Assembly: GCA_965202625.1 (NCBI GenBank)
Contig: CBDBBI010000010.1
Location: 1,184,001 to 1,248,000 of the forward strand
From: a bacterium
GTDB lineage: Bacteria > UBA8248
DNA: 64,000 bases
Reading direction: 5' to 3'
Part shown: positions 27,985 to 38,292 of the stretch, one piece after another
Layout: the number at the start of each line of letters is the position of its first letter
Numbering within the stretch: the first letter of the stretch is position 1
Made by a program: the position numbers and the translations under genes
The notes under the pieces: model-generated
What the model saw: only the letters and a program-made list of their open reading frames with translations
Told to the model about the DNA's origin: nothing
Database searches by the model: none

Positions 27985-28662
27985 TTAAGCACCCCTGATT
28001 CTCCGTATGGGCTCGGCATAATCCTTCGCCCCGAACACGGCGGAGCCCGCCACGAGCACCTCCGCGCCCGCCGCGCGTATTTCCGCCGCGTTCTCGGGAG
28101 TGACGCCGCCGTCGACCTCTATCAAAATGGACAACCCTCGCTTCTGGATCATCGCCTTCGCGCGCCGAATCCGATCCAAAGCGGCGGGGATAAATTTCTG
28201 GCCACCAAAGCCCGGATTCACACTCATGATGAGCACCACGTCCACTTCGGAGAGCAAGTCCTCTATCTCGGAAAGCGGCGTTCCGGGGTTCAACGTCAGT
28301 CCGACGCCCAACCCAGAATCGCGGACGCTTTGAAGGGTTCGGTGAATGTGTCTCGACGTCTCCACGTGAACCGTCAGAACATTCGCGCCCGCATTTGCAA
28401 ACGTTTTGATGTATTGATCTGGTTCCGAAATCATCAGGTGCACATCAAGCACCATGTCGGGGGCGGCTCTCCTGGCCGCCTGAACACACAAAGGCCCCAA
28501 GGAAATGTTCGGCACAAAGTGACCGTCCATAACGTCGAAGTGCAGCCAATCAGCACCGGCTTCGCATACAGCCTCTATCTCTTCTCCCATTCTCTCGAAA
28601 GAACAAGACAGCAAAGAAGGTGCCACCCGAACTTTTCCAGCCCCCATTTCAGGCTTGGGCAT
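27985..28662 (-). CDS. rpe: Ribulose-phosphate 3-epimerase
   Basis: HFDVMDGHFVPN, MSVNPGFGGQKF and EVDGG motifs. Confidence 0.98.
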   Translation of the reverse strand: MPKPEMGAGKVRVAPSLLSCSFERMGEEIEAVCEAGADWLHFDVMDGHFVPNISLGPLCVQAARRAAPDMVLDVHLMISEPDQYIKTFANAGANVLTVHVETSRHIHRTLQSVRDSGLGVGLTLNPGTPLSEIEDLLSEVDVVLIMSVNPGFGGQKFIPAALDRIRRAKAMIQKRGLSILIEVDGGVTPENAAEIRAAGAEVLVAGSAVFGAKDYAEPIRRIRGA

Positions 28663-28677
28663 CTTGATTTCCCCGGA

Positions 28678-29616
28678 TCAATGCGCCCGTTCTTCCACAA
28701 GACGGCCATCCAGAAATATACGCGCGCGCGCGCTTCCCTTCACCCGCACGAGCAAATGAATCTCCTCGCCTGCACGCACACTGCGGGACAATTCCTCGCG
28801 CGTCCCGCCATTCGATTCCAACTCCACGCGGAGTTCGCGCTGCGGTTTTCCACCCGGCACGCGATAGCGCAAGACGATGAAATTCCCCGCCACCTGATCC
28901 GCCCCGCGCGCCACGTCCACGTGCACGCGATGGCCCGCCAGGACATGCCGCCCAGGCAGCGGTATCTGAGAGACGACGGAACCCCGCAGGGAACCCGGAC
29001 GATCCACGTAGCGAACGCGCCCGGCCGTGAGGCCAAGAGCACGGACCCGGTCTAGGGCTTCGTTGACGCGCTCCCCAATGAGGGAGGGCATGACGTACGC
29101 CCGCTCACGGGGGCCCTGGCTGACGATAAGCACCACGCCCTCGCCGCGTCTTACGTTCTCCCCCTCATTTGGCCAAACGCCCACAACCTCGTCGATGGTG
29201 CGATTGGAATCAAACACCCTCTCTACCAGACGAACGCGAAGACCTTGCAGGCGGATGAGGGTCTCCGCGCGACTCAGGTTCTCTCCCCGGACCGCGGGGA
29301 CCGCCACGTCTCGCGCGCCTTTGCTCAAGACGAGCGACACGATTCTGCCTTTGCGGATACGGCGCCCGCCGGGAGGATTCTGCCGCACGACGTAATTCAT
29401 GGATACAGCGTCGCTGAAAACGCGCTCGGCGACCCGCATGGGTATTCCCTTCTCTCCCAACAACTCCAGCGCGCGAACCGCGCCCAGTCCCTCGACCTGG
29501 GGCAGAAAAATACCATCTCCCCCCCTGAAAACGTAAAGTCCCGCAGCGCCCCCAAAACCTCCCAGAGTGATGAGAACCACAGCCCAAAGAAAGCTTTTGA
29601 GAATCCCAACCAACAC
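28678..29616 (-). CDS. PASTA domain-containing membrane protein
   Basis: N-terminal TM segment followed by three PASTA-like repeats (VVRQNPPGG...LVLSKG; VPAVRG; MPSLIG). Confidence 0.85.
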   Translation of the reverse strand: MLVGILKSFLWAVVLITLGGFGGAAGLYVFRGGDGIFLPQVEGLGAVRALELLGEKGIPMRVAERVFSDAVSMNYVVRQNPPGGRRIRKGRIVSLVLSKGARDVAVPAVRGENLSRAETLIRLQGLRVRLVERVFDSNRTIDEVVGVWPNEGENVRRGEGVVLIVSQGPRERAYVMPSLIGERVNEALDRVRALGLTAGRVRYVDRPGSLRGSVVSQIPLPGRHVLAGHRVHVDVARGADQVAGNFIVLRYRVPGGKPQRELRVELESNGGTREELSRSVRAGEEIHLLVRVKGSARARIFLDGRLVEERAH

Positions 29617-29618
29617 CT

Positions 29619-30980
29619 CTAATCCTCTTTGCGCCAGCTCATGGCGAAAAAGCCGTCAAGTCCCATGCCCGGCGCAATCCACAACGCCCCGTCGGGGCGC
29701 AAAAGACGCCTCGCGCCCTGAGGAAGGGCGCCGCCATCCAAAATGGGGACGAACCCAGACTCCTGAAAAGAGGAAACGACACATTCGGTTTCCTCTGACT
29801 CGTTCGTGCAAACTGCATACACCAGCCTTCCCCCTCGGCGCACCGCACCGGTCACCCCACGCAAAATCGCTATCTGTCGGCGCGCCTGCTCTGCCAAATC
29901 TCCCTCTCTCACCCGCCATCTCGCGTCGGGATGCCTCCTGAGCACACCCAGCCCACTGCATGGCGCGTCAACGAACACCAAGTCGAACGCTTGATGAAAA
30001 GGCGGCTTCATCGCATCCATCCGCAATAGGCGGACGCTTGCGCGAATCCTAGCACAGTTGTTCTTGAGGCGTTTGAGTCGATGAAACGATTCGTCCGCCG
30101 CCACAACGCTCCCCCCGACTCCAGCGGCCCAGGCGAGGCAGGCGGATTTGCCCCCGGGCGCCGCGCAGGCATCCAGAACTCTCTCCCCTGGAGCAGGCGC
30201 AGCGAAACGCGCCGCCATGCTTGAGGCCTCATCCATAACGATGAACTTGCCCTCACGATAAGCCGTCGTATCGCTAAAGCGCGCCCCGGACACACTCTCA
30301 TCGGGAAGAAATATCAAACAATCCGGATCCACGCATCCGGCCCGCGTGATGACTCCCTCGCTCTCCAGTTGCGTCTTCAGGCTTTGGAGACTCACCGCTT
30401 GCGCGTTCACGCGAAAGACGACCGGCGCCTCTTCGTTGTTCGCCCGGCATCGCCTCCGCGTTTGCTCCTCTCCGAGCGCGCGCATCCAGCGCCTCACCAG
30501 CCACCTCGGATGGGATTCCCATACCGTCAAATAATCTTCAACGCTCTCCGGAGGATGGACGTCGCGCTCTGCCACCTTACGCAAAACCGCATTCACCAAT
30601 CCCTTCGCCCAGTCCAGATCTCGACCATTGAGCAAGGAGACGCTGCCATCCACCGCACCGTGCGCGGGGATTCGATCCATAAACAACAGCTGATAGACGC
30701 CCAAGCGCAGCGCTCCACGCACAGAAGGGGCCAGACCCGGTTTGCTCAAAAAATGGCCAAAAACAAAATCCAGTCTATTTCTCCACCTCAGGACGCCATA
30801 GATCAACTCGCGCAAAAACGCGCGGTCCCGCGCGTCGAAATCCGCCGATGAAAACCTCTTGACCAACGCGTCCGCGGGAGCGGGGGCTCTCTCGAAGGCA
30901 AGCAGCGCGGCGTGCGCCGCTCGCCGAACGCGATGGGAGGAACGGACACCTTTCTTTCTCGCCACGGCGTTTCGGCTCAC
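29619..30980 (-). CDS. rsmB: 16S rRNA (cytosine967-C5)-methyltransferase
   Basis: NusB-like N-terminus, LDACAAPGGKS and DAPCSGLG. Follows fmt. Confidence 0.94.
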   Translation of the reverse strand: MSRNAVARKKGVRSSHRVRRAAHAALLAFERAPAPADALVKRFSSADFDARDRAFLRELIYGVLRWRNRLDFVFGHFLSKPGLAPSVRGALRLGVYQLLFMDRIPAHGAVDGSVSLLNGRDLDWAKGLVNAVLRKVAERDVHPPESVEDYLTVWESHPRWLVRRWMRALGEEQTRRRCRANNEEAPVVFRVNAQAVSLQSLKTQLESEGVITRAGCVDPDCLIFLPDESVSGARFSDTTAYREGKFIVMDEASSMAARFAAPAPGERVLDACAAPGGKSACLAWAAGVGGSVVAADESFHRLKRLKNNCARIRASVRLLRMDAMKPPFHQAFDLVFVDAPCSGLGVLRRHPDARWRVREGDLAEQARRQIAILRGVTGAVRRGGRLVYAVCTNESEETECVVSSFQESGFVPILDGGALPQGARRLLRPDGALWIAPGMGLDGFFAMSWRKED

Positions 30981-31924
30981 TCGTCATCTCCCAATAATAG
31001 AGTCGGCCGACATGGGTATCCCCTGGCGAAAGCCCCAGCGACCATCTTTTTCCCACCCGGCGGCTGGACCTCCAGAATCACCAAATCGCCCGCGCCCGTG
31101 GCTACGCGGATTCCCTGTCCTTCGGGCGATTCGGCCATCCCCAAAATCTCGCCGCCACGCCCACCGGAGACTCCCGGAATCGGATAGGCCCGCCATATCC
31201 TCACCGGGCCATTCGCCACACCTGGCCATGGCGTCTCGGCGACTGGCCAGGGATTGAATCCCCTGATCAATCTATCAAGACGGTGCGCCGAGAGGCTCCA
31301 ATCGAGCTTGGCCTCCCTTTTTTCGAGTTTTTCCGCATAGGTGGCCAGGGATGCGTCCTGAGGCTCCTCTTTTACTTCTCCGTACTCGAGCTTCCGCAGC
31401 ACCGCCAACATTTGCTCCGCTCCTAAGGTGGCCAGTTTGTCATGAAGGTCGGTGGAAATATCCCTCGGCCCAATCCACAGGGAACGCCTGGCGAGCACGG
31501 GACCGGCGTCAAGCTCCGGCACAAGGCGCATGACGCAAACCCCCGTTTCAGAATCCCCCGCCACCAAGGCGCGTTGAATCGGCGCTGCACCCCGCCAGCG
31601 GGGCAGAAGCGAGGGATGCAGATTCAACACCCCCCAACGGGGCGTGCGAAGCAGCTTCGTGCTCATAATCTGTCCGTACGCCGCAGCAACACCTACGTCG
31701 GGCCGATATTCCGCTACGTGTGCAGCGCGGATTTTCTGCGGCTGCAAAACGGGGACTCCCATTTCAAGCGCGCGCGCCTTGATGGGCGGCGGCGTGCGCT
31801 TGCGACCTCTACCCGCCGGCCTGTCCGGCTGCGTGAACACAGCCTCCACCTCGACGGGAGACGCTATCAGCGCCTCAAGCGTCGGCACCGCAAAATCGGA
31901 CACGCCAAAGAAAACCGTTCGCAT
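30977..31924 (-). CDS. fmt: Methionyl-tRNA formyltransferase
   Basis: TQPDRPAGRG, NLHPSLLPRWRGAAPIQ and LDAGP motifs. Confidence 0.97.
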   Translation of the reverse strand: MRTVFFGVSDFAVPTLEALIASPVEVEAVFTQPDRPAGRGRKRTPPPIKARALEMGVPVLQPQKIRAAHVAEYRPDVGVAAAYGQIMSTKLLRTPRWGVLNLHPSLLPRWRGAAPIQRALVAGDSETGVCVMRLVPELDAGPVLARRSLWIGPRDISTDLHDKLATLGAEQMLAVLRKLEYGEVKEEPQDASLATYAEKLEKREAKLDWSLSAHRLDRLIRGFNPWPVAETPWPGVANGPVRIWRAYPIPGVSGGRGGEILGMAESPEGQGIRVATGAGDLVILEVQPPGGKKMVAGAFARGYPCRPTLLLGDDE

Positions 31925-31976
31925 GGATCGCTCCCAGGAAAAATCGCGCGCCAACGGACGAGGGAAGCGGTGCTCT

Positions 31977-32486
31977 CTAAGTGACGGCCCTCGCCTGCTT
32001 TTTGAGGCGACGCTTGATGAGGTCTCGCTTCGTCTTATTTAGGTGATCCAGGATGAGCCTGCCGTCGAGATGGTCGATCTCGTGCTGAAGAGCAAAGGAG
32101 AGAACCCCGCGCGCGTGGAGGAGCACCTCCTCGCCCTTCATGTTCATCCCCCGAACCCGCACCATCTCATGGCGGCGGATTTTCTCGCTCACGCCCGGCA
32201 GCGACAGACAACCCTCCTCCACCATACGCTCACCCTCGGCGTTTTCGATTTCAGGGTTGAGGAACACGTGGACTTGCTCGGTGTCCTTTCCAATCGAGAC
32301 GTCCACCACGATCATCCTGACGTTCTCCCCTACCTGGGGAGCGGCAAGACCAACGCCAGGCGCGTCATGCAGTGTGTCGAGCATTCCCCGCGCCAACCCC
32401 TCTATCCGCGCCGTGATGGACTCGACACGACGACACCTCTGCCGAAGAGCGGGTGCAGGGTACTTGAGAATTTCCAACACGGCCAT
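31977..32486 (-). CDS. def: Peptide deformylase
   Basis: GVGLAAPQVG, EGCLS and QHEIDHL motifs. Confidence 0.98.
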   Translation of the reverse strand: MAVLEILKYPAPALRQRCRRVESITARIEGLARGMLDTLHDAPGVGLAAPQVGENVRMIVVDVSIGKDTEQVHVFLNPEIENAEGERMVEEGCLSLPGVSEKIRRHEMVRVRGMNMKGEEVLLHARGVLSFALQHEIDHLDGRLILDHLNKTKRDLIKRRLKKQARAVT

Positions 32487-32768
32487 AAAAGGTTCCTAAA
32501 TGGGACAAATTTCAAACGCGCGCGTGGCACCGAACCGCCCGCCAAACGAATTTCCACCATTAACCCATCCGCCGTGCAGAAGCAAATTTGTGGAGAAAAT
32601 CCTCCTTTTCAAAATAGGAGTTCGCCCCACCTCATCCTGAACGAGCTTCCCCGTTTTTCCTGAACCCAAAGCACAGATGGAGGAATGCGAAGAAAAGGAA
32701 GGGCTAATGAGCTCGAGATATGTTTTCTCTCACAAAGGGAGTGTGCAACGAAAAAGCGACGAGGCCAA

Positions 32769-33514
32769 TCAATCCCTCATCGTCGTCTCGATGATTTCAA
32801 CGATATCCTTGTTGTGAGAGGGGCTGAGCATTCCAAATATCTTTATCATTTCAACGATGACTCTATGGTTCTTGCTGTCAAATAAGAATTTCCCACGTTC
32901 ATTTTTTTCAGAAAGCCTGCCGATTAAATCAGTCCTTGCCTGAATCTCAATTATTGGAACACAGAGATAGAGCATCGGTTGAACACCGACTGCTCTTTGC
33001 TTTTCTCTTATCGTAATCTCAATCGCATATTTACCATACCTATAGAGAAGCTGTGGATACTCTAATGTCAATCCAAAAAATTGTAGGTTGTTGATTCTTT
33101 TCTCAACAGGATGAGTTCTTTTTATTTCACAATCCTCGTGGTTCGATATCAAGTCCTCCTCCCTTAGATCAGACAGAAACTCGAAAATGCTCTTTAATTC
33201 GGTGTTGGTCACAAAACTCCACGAATGAAAATAATACAAATATTCTGACAGTTCATAGAACGCTTTCTTCTTGCCATTAGCCGCAACAAATAACTTCTCG
33301 GGTAAAGTAGTATCCTTGAATCCTTCATTTTTAATCTCTACATCATAACTAATCTGCCATTCCACATAATTATGTTGGGTAAAAGGCTTTTGTCTGACGG
33401 CATAAGGAACGCCATATTCGTAGAATGACCTTCTTGATTTAACTCTTATTTTCCTGTTGGTTTTGTAAGAGGAACATCTATAAGAATTCGTTCATTCTCC
33501 TCATCAACCAACAT
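32769..33514 (-). pseudogene. R.PabI/R.HpyAXII-family restriction DNA glycosylase, frameshifted by a 1-bp deletion
   Basis: ATG 33514 gives MLVDEENERILIDVPLTKPTGK then TAA. Adding one A to the A4 run (plus-strand T4 at 33449-33452) restores GKIRVKSRRSFYEYG...YVEWQISYD...KQRAVGVQPMLY...FGMLSPSHNKD, 248 aa. AT-rich. Confidence 0.8.
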
Positions 33515-34661
33515 GATGTCCCCCTAACAAAGTCCGAAAGTACGCATCAATCCCATTTTCGACTTCCCCTTTCGGAGTATCTATCTTTCCGATGTACCGC
33601 TCCAAGAACGGATGACGTTCAACCGCATCCTTGAGAAAAGACATCCGATACCGCTTGAACAATTCATCGTCTATCATCACGTCGCAGTTGCCGAAATAAA
33701 AGGGCAGCCGATAGACGTTTCTCTTGAAAACGTCCACGTAGGCGTAGTAATCCAGCTTCTTCCTGTCTATCGCAATCGCGTTGGTGCTGCGATTTATGAG
33801 GAAAGTGCGGTTTCTTTTCAAGGCGTTGATATCCCTCATCGTCCAAAAAAACAGCAGGTCCGCATCCTGCACCGCAGGATTTTTCTTGCTGGGGTATTTG
33901 TCCACGTAGCGGGGAATATAATCGAAATCATCCAGGCGGAAACAAGCCTCACCCTTCGTCTTGAAGCGAAACGACCGGATGAGGTCATAACCCATGCCCC
34001 CAGTATATCTGCCATAAAGAGCGATCAGAATCGGAAAAGGCGTCGACTTTGAGGAATCGGAGAATTCACCGCTGCTGAGCAGAAGCCCATCAAGTAACCT
34101 GTAATTTGCGGTGAAATTTCCCAACAACTTAAAATTCGCTGGCTTGATGAGGTAGGAGAGGGGATGCAAGACGCAAACCCAATCCGCCTTGAGTTTGTCA
34201 TAGGAAAGCAGAAACGATAAACCCAAATCCCGGCGGAGAACATCCTCATCGACGACAAAAGGAACGTCTTTGATCTTGCGCCGAATCATGGACGTCTTGT
34301 CGTTATATGGGGGGTTTCCGACTAAAGCCAATTTGGATTTCTCAGGAATCTTGAATTTCGACCTGCGAACGTCGTGGAGCGCATTCGTCCGAAAGAATCG
34401 AGCCCGCCCATTGTTTTTTCTAGCAACCTCGATTGCCGCCTCGTCCAAGTCACATCCAATGACGGTCCGCTGGTCGGCGTTCCTAAGAAAATTGCCGTAT
34501 CCACACGCGCTGTCCATGACGATCGTGCCGGCATCTATATGGGGCTGGAGCATATTCCACGCTAAATCGACGCAATCAGGGGGAGTATAATAGCTCCCCA
34601 GATTCACCCTAGCCTTATATCCTAAATGTTTTTGATTCGTCGGGGCTTTCGGCATTCCCAT
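33504..34661 (-). CDS. N6-adenine DNA methyltransferase (M.PabI/M.HpyAXII-like)
   Basis: LGSYYTP, DSACGYGNF (motif I), GNPPY (motif IV) and LHPLSYLIK. Its stop overlaps the start of the restriction gene. Confidence 0.88.
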   Translation of the reverse strand: MGMPKAPTNQKHLGYKARVNLGSYYTPPDCVDLAWNMLQPHIDAGTIVMDSACGYGNFLRNADQRTVIGCDLDEAAIEVARKNNGRARFFRTNALHDVRRSKFKIPEKSKLALVGNPPYNDKTSMIRRKIKDVPFVVDEDVLRRDLGLSFLLSYDKLKADWVCVLHPLSYLIKPANFKLLGNFTANYRLLDGLLLSSGEFSDSSKSTPFPILIALYGRYTGGMGYDLIRSFRFKTKGEACFRLDDFDYIPRYVDKYPSKKNPAVQDADLLFFWTMRDINALKRNRTFLINRSTNAIAIDRKKLDYYAYVDVFKRNVYRLPFYFGNCDVMIDDELFKRYRMSFLKDAVERHPFLERYIGKIDTPKGEVENGIDAYFRTLLGGHHVG

Positions 34662-34750
34662 CAGATTCCCCGCGCGATTTCCCGAGAAAGACGCAAGGGA
34701 AAACACCATGTGATTCACCCCAGGGTCAAAAGAACGTTTGTTGGATCGCG

Positions 34751-35845
34751 TTATTTAGGGGTCGCCGCCCGGGGAGTCGCCTCCGCCTGTGAGGCCGTTT
34801 CGGGTCCGCTGATTCCGAGGGCACCACGCACCCGCCTTTCCATCTCGGCGAAAACGTCGGGATTTTCTCTCAAGAACCGCTTTACGTTCTCGCGTCCCTG
34901 GCCAATGCGCTCATCGCCGAAGGAATACCACGCCCCTGTCTTGGCAACCACGCCGTTCTCCACCCCTAAATCAAGCACGTCCCCTTCCTTCGAGACGCCG
35001 CGCCCGAACATGATGTCGAACTCCGCCGTGCGAAACGGGGGCGCGAGTTTGTTCTTCACCACGCGCACCCGCGTTCTGTTACCCACGTTGTTCTCGCCTT
35101 CCTTGATCGATGCGATCCGCCGTATGTCGAGGCGAACGGACGAATAGAATTTCAGCGCGTTTCCGCCGGAGGTGGTCTCCGGGTTTCCGAACATCACGCC
35201 GATTTTCATGCGAATCTGATTGATGAAGATGAAGCAGGTGTTGCTACGATGCACCACTCCGGTGAGTTTGCGAAGCGCCTGGCTCATGAGCCGCGCCTGA
35301 AGTCCCACGTGGTGATCCCCCATATCGCCTTCGAGTTCCGCCTTGGGCACTAGGGCGGCCACGGAGTCGATGACGACCACGTCAAGCGATCCGCTGCTAG
35401 TAAGTATCTCGGCTATCTCCAAGGCCTGCTCGCCCGTGTCGGGCTGGGAGACGATGAGGTTGTCCGTCTGCACGCCGAGGGCCTTGGCGTAGAGCGGATC
35501 GAGGGCGTGCTCCGCGTCCACGAAGGCGGCCATTCCCCCTTTACGCTGCACCTCGGCAATGATCTGAAGCGCGATGGTCGTCTTGCCCGAGGATTCAGGG
35601 CCGAATATCTCCACGATGCGCCCGCGCGGCACACCCCCGCAGCCGAGCGCGCCGTCGAGCGAGACAGCGCCCGTGGAGATCGCCGGTATCGGCTCCATTC
35701 CGGGGCCCTCGCCCAGACGCATGATGGAACCCTTGCCGAACTGGCGGTTGATCTGGTTGAAGGCCATGTCGAGTGCCTTGTCGCGGCGCTCGCGCTCTTT
35801 GGGGTACTCGGACTTCGAGGCGGGGGATCCGTTCTTGCGATTCAT
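34751..35845 (-). CDS. recA: Recombinase A
   Basis: [27 protein letters not shown] and GGNALKFY motifs. No intein. Confidence 0.99.
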   Translation of the reverse strand: MNRKNGSPASKSEYPKERERRDKALDMAFNQINRQFGKGSIMRLGEGPGMEPIPAISTGAVSLDGALGCGGVPRGRIVEIFGPESSGKTTIALQIIAEVQRKGGMAAFVDAEHALDPLYAKALGVQTDNLIVSQPDTGEQALEIAEILTSSGSLDVVVIDSVAALVPKAELEGDMGDHHVGLQARLMSQALRKLTGVVHRSNTCFIFINQIRMKIGVMFGNPETTSGGNALKFYSSVRLDIRRIASIKEGENNVGNRTRVRVVKNKLAPPFRTAEFDIMFGRGVSKEGDVLDLGVENGVVAKTGAWYSFGDERIGQGRENVKRFLRENPDVFAEMERRVRGALGISGPETASQAEATPRAATPK

Positions 35846-36211
35846 CAGAAGACTCCATTGGACAAAGGAACGCGCGCCAGTTCACAGATGACGGACATCA
35901 ACGGAATGTAGGGGATTCTTCCTCCCTCCACAACACGAAAGACGCCAAGGAAGCGCCCTCATTCCCCAAAGAATTTCGCGCGGTTCAGGCTCTCATCCCC
36001 ATGCTATCACTATCTCAAGAGGCGCGTGATTCATTTTCGCTAAAAATACGTGAAAAGCAAAGCAAGGACAAGTATAGAAAGCAAAAATTAGTGTAAAACC
36101 AGATTTTTTATGGGTGAAGAGAAATGACCGAACCTAATAGAATGAGTTCTCTATAAAGGAGATTCCCTTGATCCCGATTTCGCCCATTCGCCAGTCAATA
36201 TCGCATCCGCC

Positions 36212-36867
36212 TCATTCACTCTCCAGATTCTCCGACACCGACCAACCATAATAAAAATAAGCCCATCGACCATAAGACTCGCAAACCGGTGCCCTCAACA
36301 CAGCCTCACCCCCTCCAGGGCCGTGTCGCGCGCCTGCGGGGTTGAAATCGCTACGGAACAGAACGGCCTCGCGCGCGTGGGCAATGGGCGGGGGCGTCAG
36401 CCATCGGCGTTCGGCAACCTGTAGTTCTCCCTTGAGTCCCGCAGGCGGACGATCCGGAGAGCGGTGCCGCGCCAGCGTCAAATGCGAACGGAAGGGTCTA
36501 TCCTCGGAGGAGAATCCCGACTCGGTGAGATGACGCGAAAGACGCCTCTCCAAGGCGGTGAGAGGGGGCGGCGTTTTCGTCGGCCCCACCCAGAGCACGC
36601 CCGGGTGCTTAAGATGTGGAAAAACGCCGAAGCGATCGAGTGAGAGTCGAAGGCGACTATGCCTTCTCCAGCGCGACGAAGCGCGTTTGCAGAGTCCTCA
36701 ACCTGCGCTTCCTCGATATCGCCCAGAAAGCGCAGAGTGAGGTGAACCTTCCGAGAGCTGACCCACCGGAAACCACGCAAGGCCGGCATGTTGGCGAACG
36801 CGCCTTGAAGCGATTCGAGAATTTCGCGTTCCTCCCCACCAAACGGAATCGCCAGAAACGCGCGCAT
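36212..36867 (-). pseudogene. thpR: RNA 2',3'-cyclic phosphodiesterase (2H family), frameshifted
   Basis: MRAFLAIP...HLTLRFLG in one frame and DRFGVFP...VLWVG...FRSHLTLAR in another. Consistent with a 1-bp loss near 36640-36650. Sits in the usual pgpA-cinA-thpR-recA order. Confidence 0.82.
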
Positions 36868-37274
36868 GGAAAACCCTTTCATCTTTCACAGTCCCACAGT
36901 ATAGCTCCTTCCGGTCCTTGGGAGCCACCGGACGGTTCCCACTGCAGATCTCAGGCCTGGCAACGCGTCATTTCGTAACCACTAAATAGAACCAGCAAAA
37001 CGCCTTTGGGAAACAAACGTCCCATGCCAAACGTCTTTTCGGTTCCTGTGCTCCAGTTTTGGGCGATGACGAGCAAAAACCGAAGGCCGGACGATGCGTA
37101 CCAAGCGCATAGTTTCGATACCCATCAAAATCCGTCGGCATCCTCAGCTCTAAAGCACGCCCAATGCTGGACGTCATACCCTGCCTCCCTCCATGCCGTT
37201 CAACCGAAGACCTCCAGAACGTAGCACCGTCCGCCTCATGCGGGATACAACTATTCTCACGTCTTGAAATGCTC

Positions 37275-37805
37275 TCAAAGCGTGGAAGCGTCCCCCTCAT
37301 TTGGAGCCTCATCCCTCTCAGGCTCCATCAAAACCTCGCGCGCCAATTCGAGCGCGCTTTGCGCCGTTTGGGCCTTGACCTCCAGACGAGAGCCTTTGAA
37401 CAAGCGGCGCCGACAAACGGTGCCGTAAGGCAGAGCGACGGCCATGCACACCGTGCCTACTGGTTTCTCGGGGCTTCCGCCTGTCGGGCCGGCGATTCCG
37501 GTGACGGACAGACCGACCTCGCTGCCCGCTGCTACCCGGACTCCCTCCGCCATTGCGCGCGCACACGCCTCGCTCACTGCGCCCGGGCCGCCCTCGGGCG
37601 CCAAGATATCCCTGGACACTCCCAGAAGCGCCATTTTCGCCTCGTTGCTGTAAGTGATGAAGCCTCGCTCGAAATACGCCGAGCTGCCCGACACGTCCGT
37701 GATGCGGCTCGCTATCAGGCCGCCCGTGCAACTCTCCGCCGTGGCAATGCACCAGCATTTCTTGAGCAGGCGCGCACCGATCCATTCCTCTACAGATTTC
37801 GCCAT
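37275..37805 (-). CDS. CinA C-terminal domain protein (PncC-like NMN deamidase)
   Basis: ATAESCTGG, GSSAYF, YSNEAK and TGIAGPTGG...KPVGTV motifs. Confidence 0.93.
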   Translation of the reverse strand: MAKSVEEWIGARLLKKCWCIATAESCTGGLIASRITDVSGSSAYFERGFITYSNEAKMALLGVSRDILAPEGGPGAVSEACARAMAEGVRVAAGSEVGLSVTGIAGPTGGSPEKPVGTVCMAVALPYGTVCRRRLFKGSRLEVKAQTAQSALELAREVLMEPERDEAPNEGDASTL

Positions 37806-37824
37806 CCTCCCGCTCCCCATGAGA

Positions 37825-38289
37825 TCAAACGACACCGAAATATGACAAAGCGAATAGAAACGCCCGGCCGAGGAGCCCGGCACCGACGTCGTCCGCCACG
37901 ACACCCATTCCGCCGGGTAACCTCTCCAGGCGCCGAACTGGCACTATCTTGATGATGTCAAAAACACGAAAAAGGAGAAAGCCGGCCAGCAGGGCGCCCA
38001 GGCTCGGCGCGACGCCGATGAGGCAGACGAGCTGCCCCACCCATTCGTCCACGACGATCTCCGGGGGGTCTCGTTGACTTGTGAGGGTTTCATATTTTTC
38101 AGAACTCCACACGGCGAGAGGAACCAGGCACAGCAAGAACAAGAAAGGAATATAAGGGCTTATCCCATAGAGCAAGCAATGCAATGCGACGGCAAGGAGA
38201 GAAGCCACCGTGCCCGGAGCTCGTGGAAACCTCCCGAGTCCGCCTAGCGTGGCGACGAGACACAGCAGAGACTCGCTCCCATAACTCAT
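37825..38289 (-). CDS. pgpA: Phosphatidylglycerophosphatase A
   Basis: APGTVAS, DPPEIVVDEWVG, FRVFDIIK and GVVADD motifs. Confidence 0.93.
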   Translation of the reverse strand: MSYGSESLLCLVATLGGLGRFPRAPGTVASLLAVALHCLLYGISPYIPFLFLLCLVPLAVWSSEKYETLTSQRDPPEIVVDEWVGQLVCLIGVAPSLGALLAGFLLFRVFDIIKIVPVRRLERLPGGMGVVADDVGAGLLGRAFLFALSYFGVV

Positions 38290-38292
38290 GAT

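Noticed and set aside
35846-36211. LexA/SOS box upstream of recA
   Set aside because: GAAC and GTTC half-sites are present, but their spacing fits none of the box types I know.
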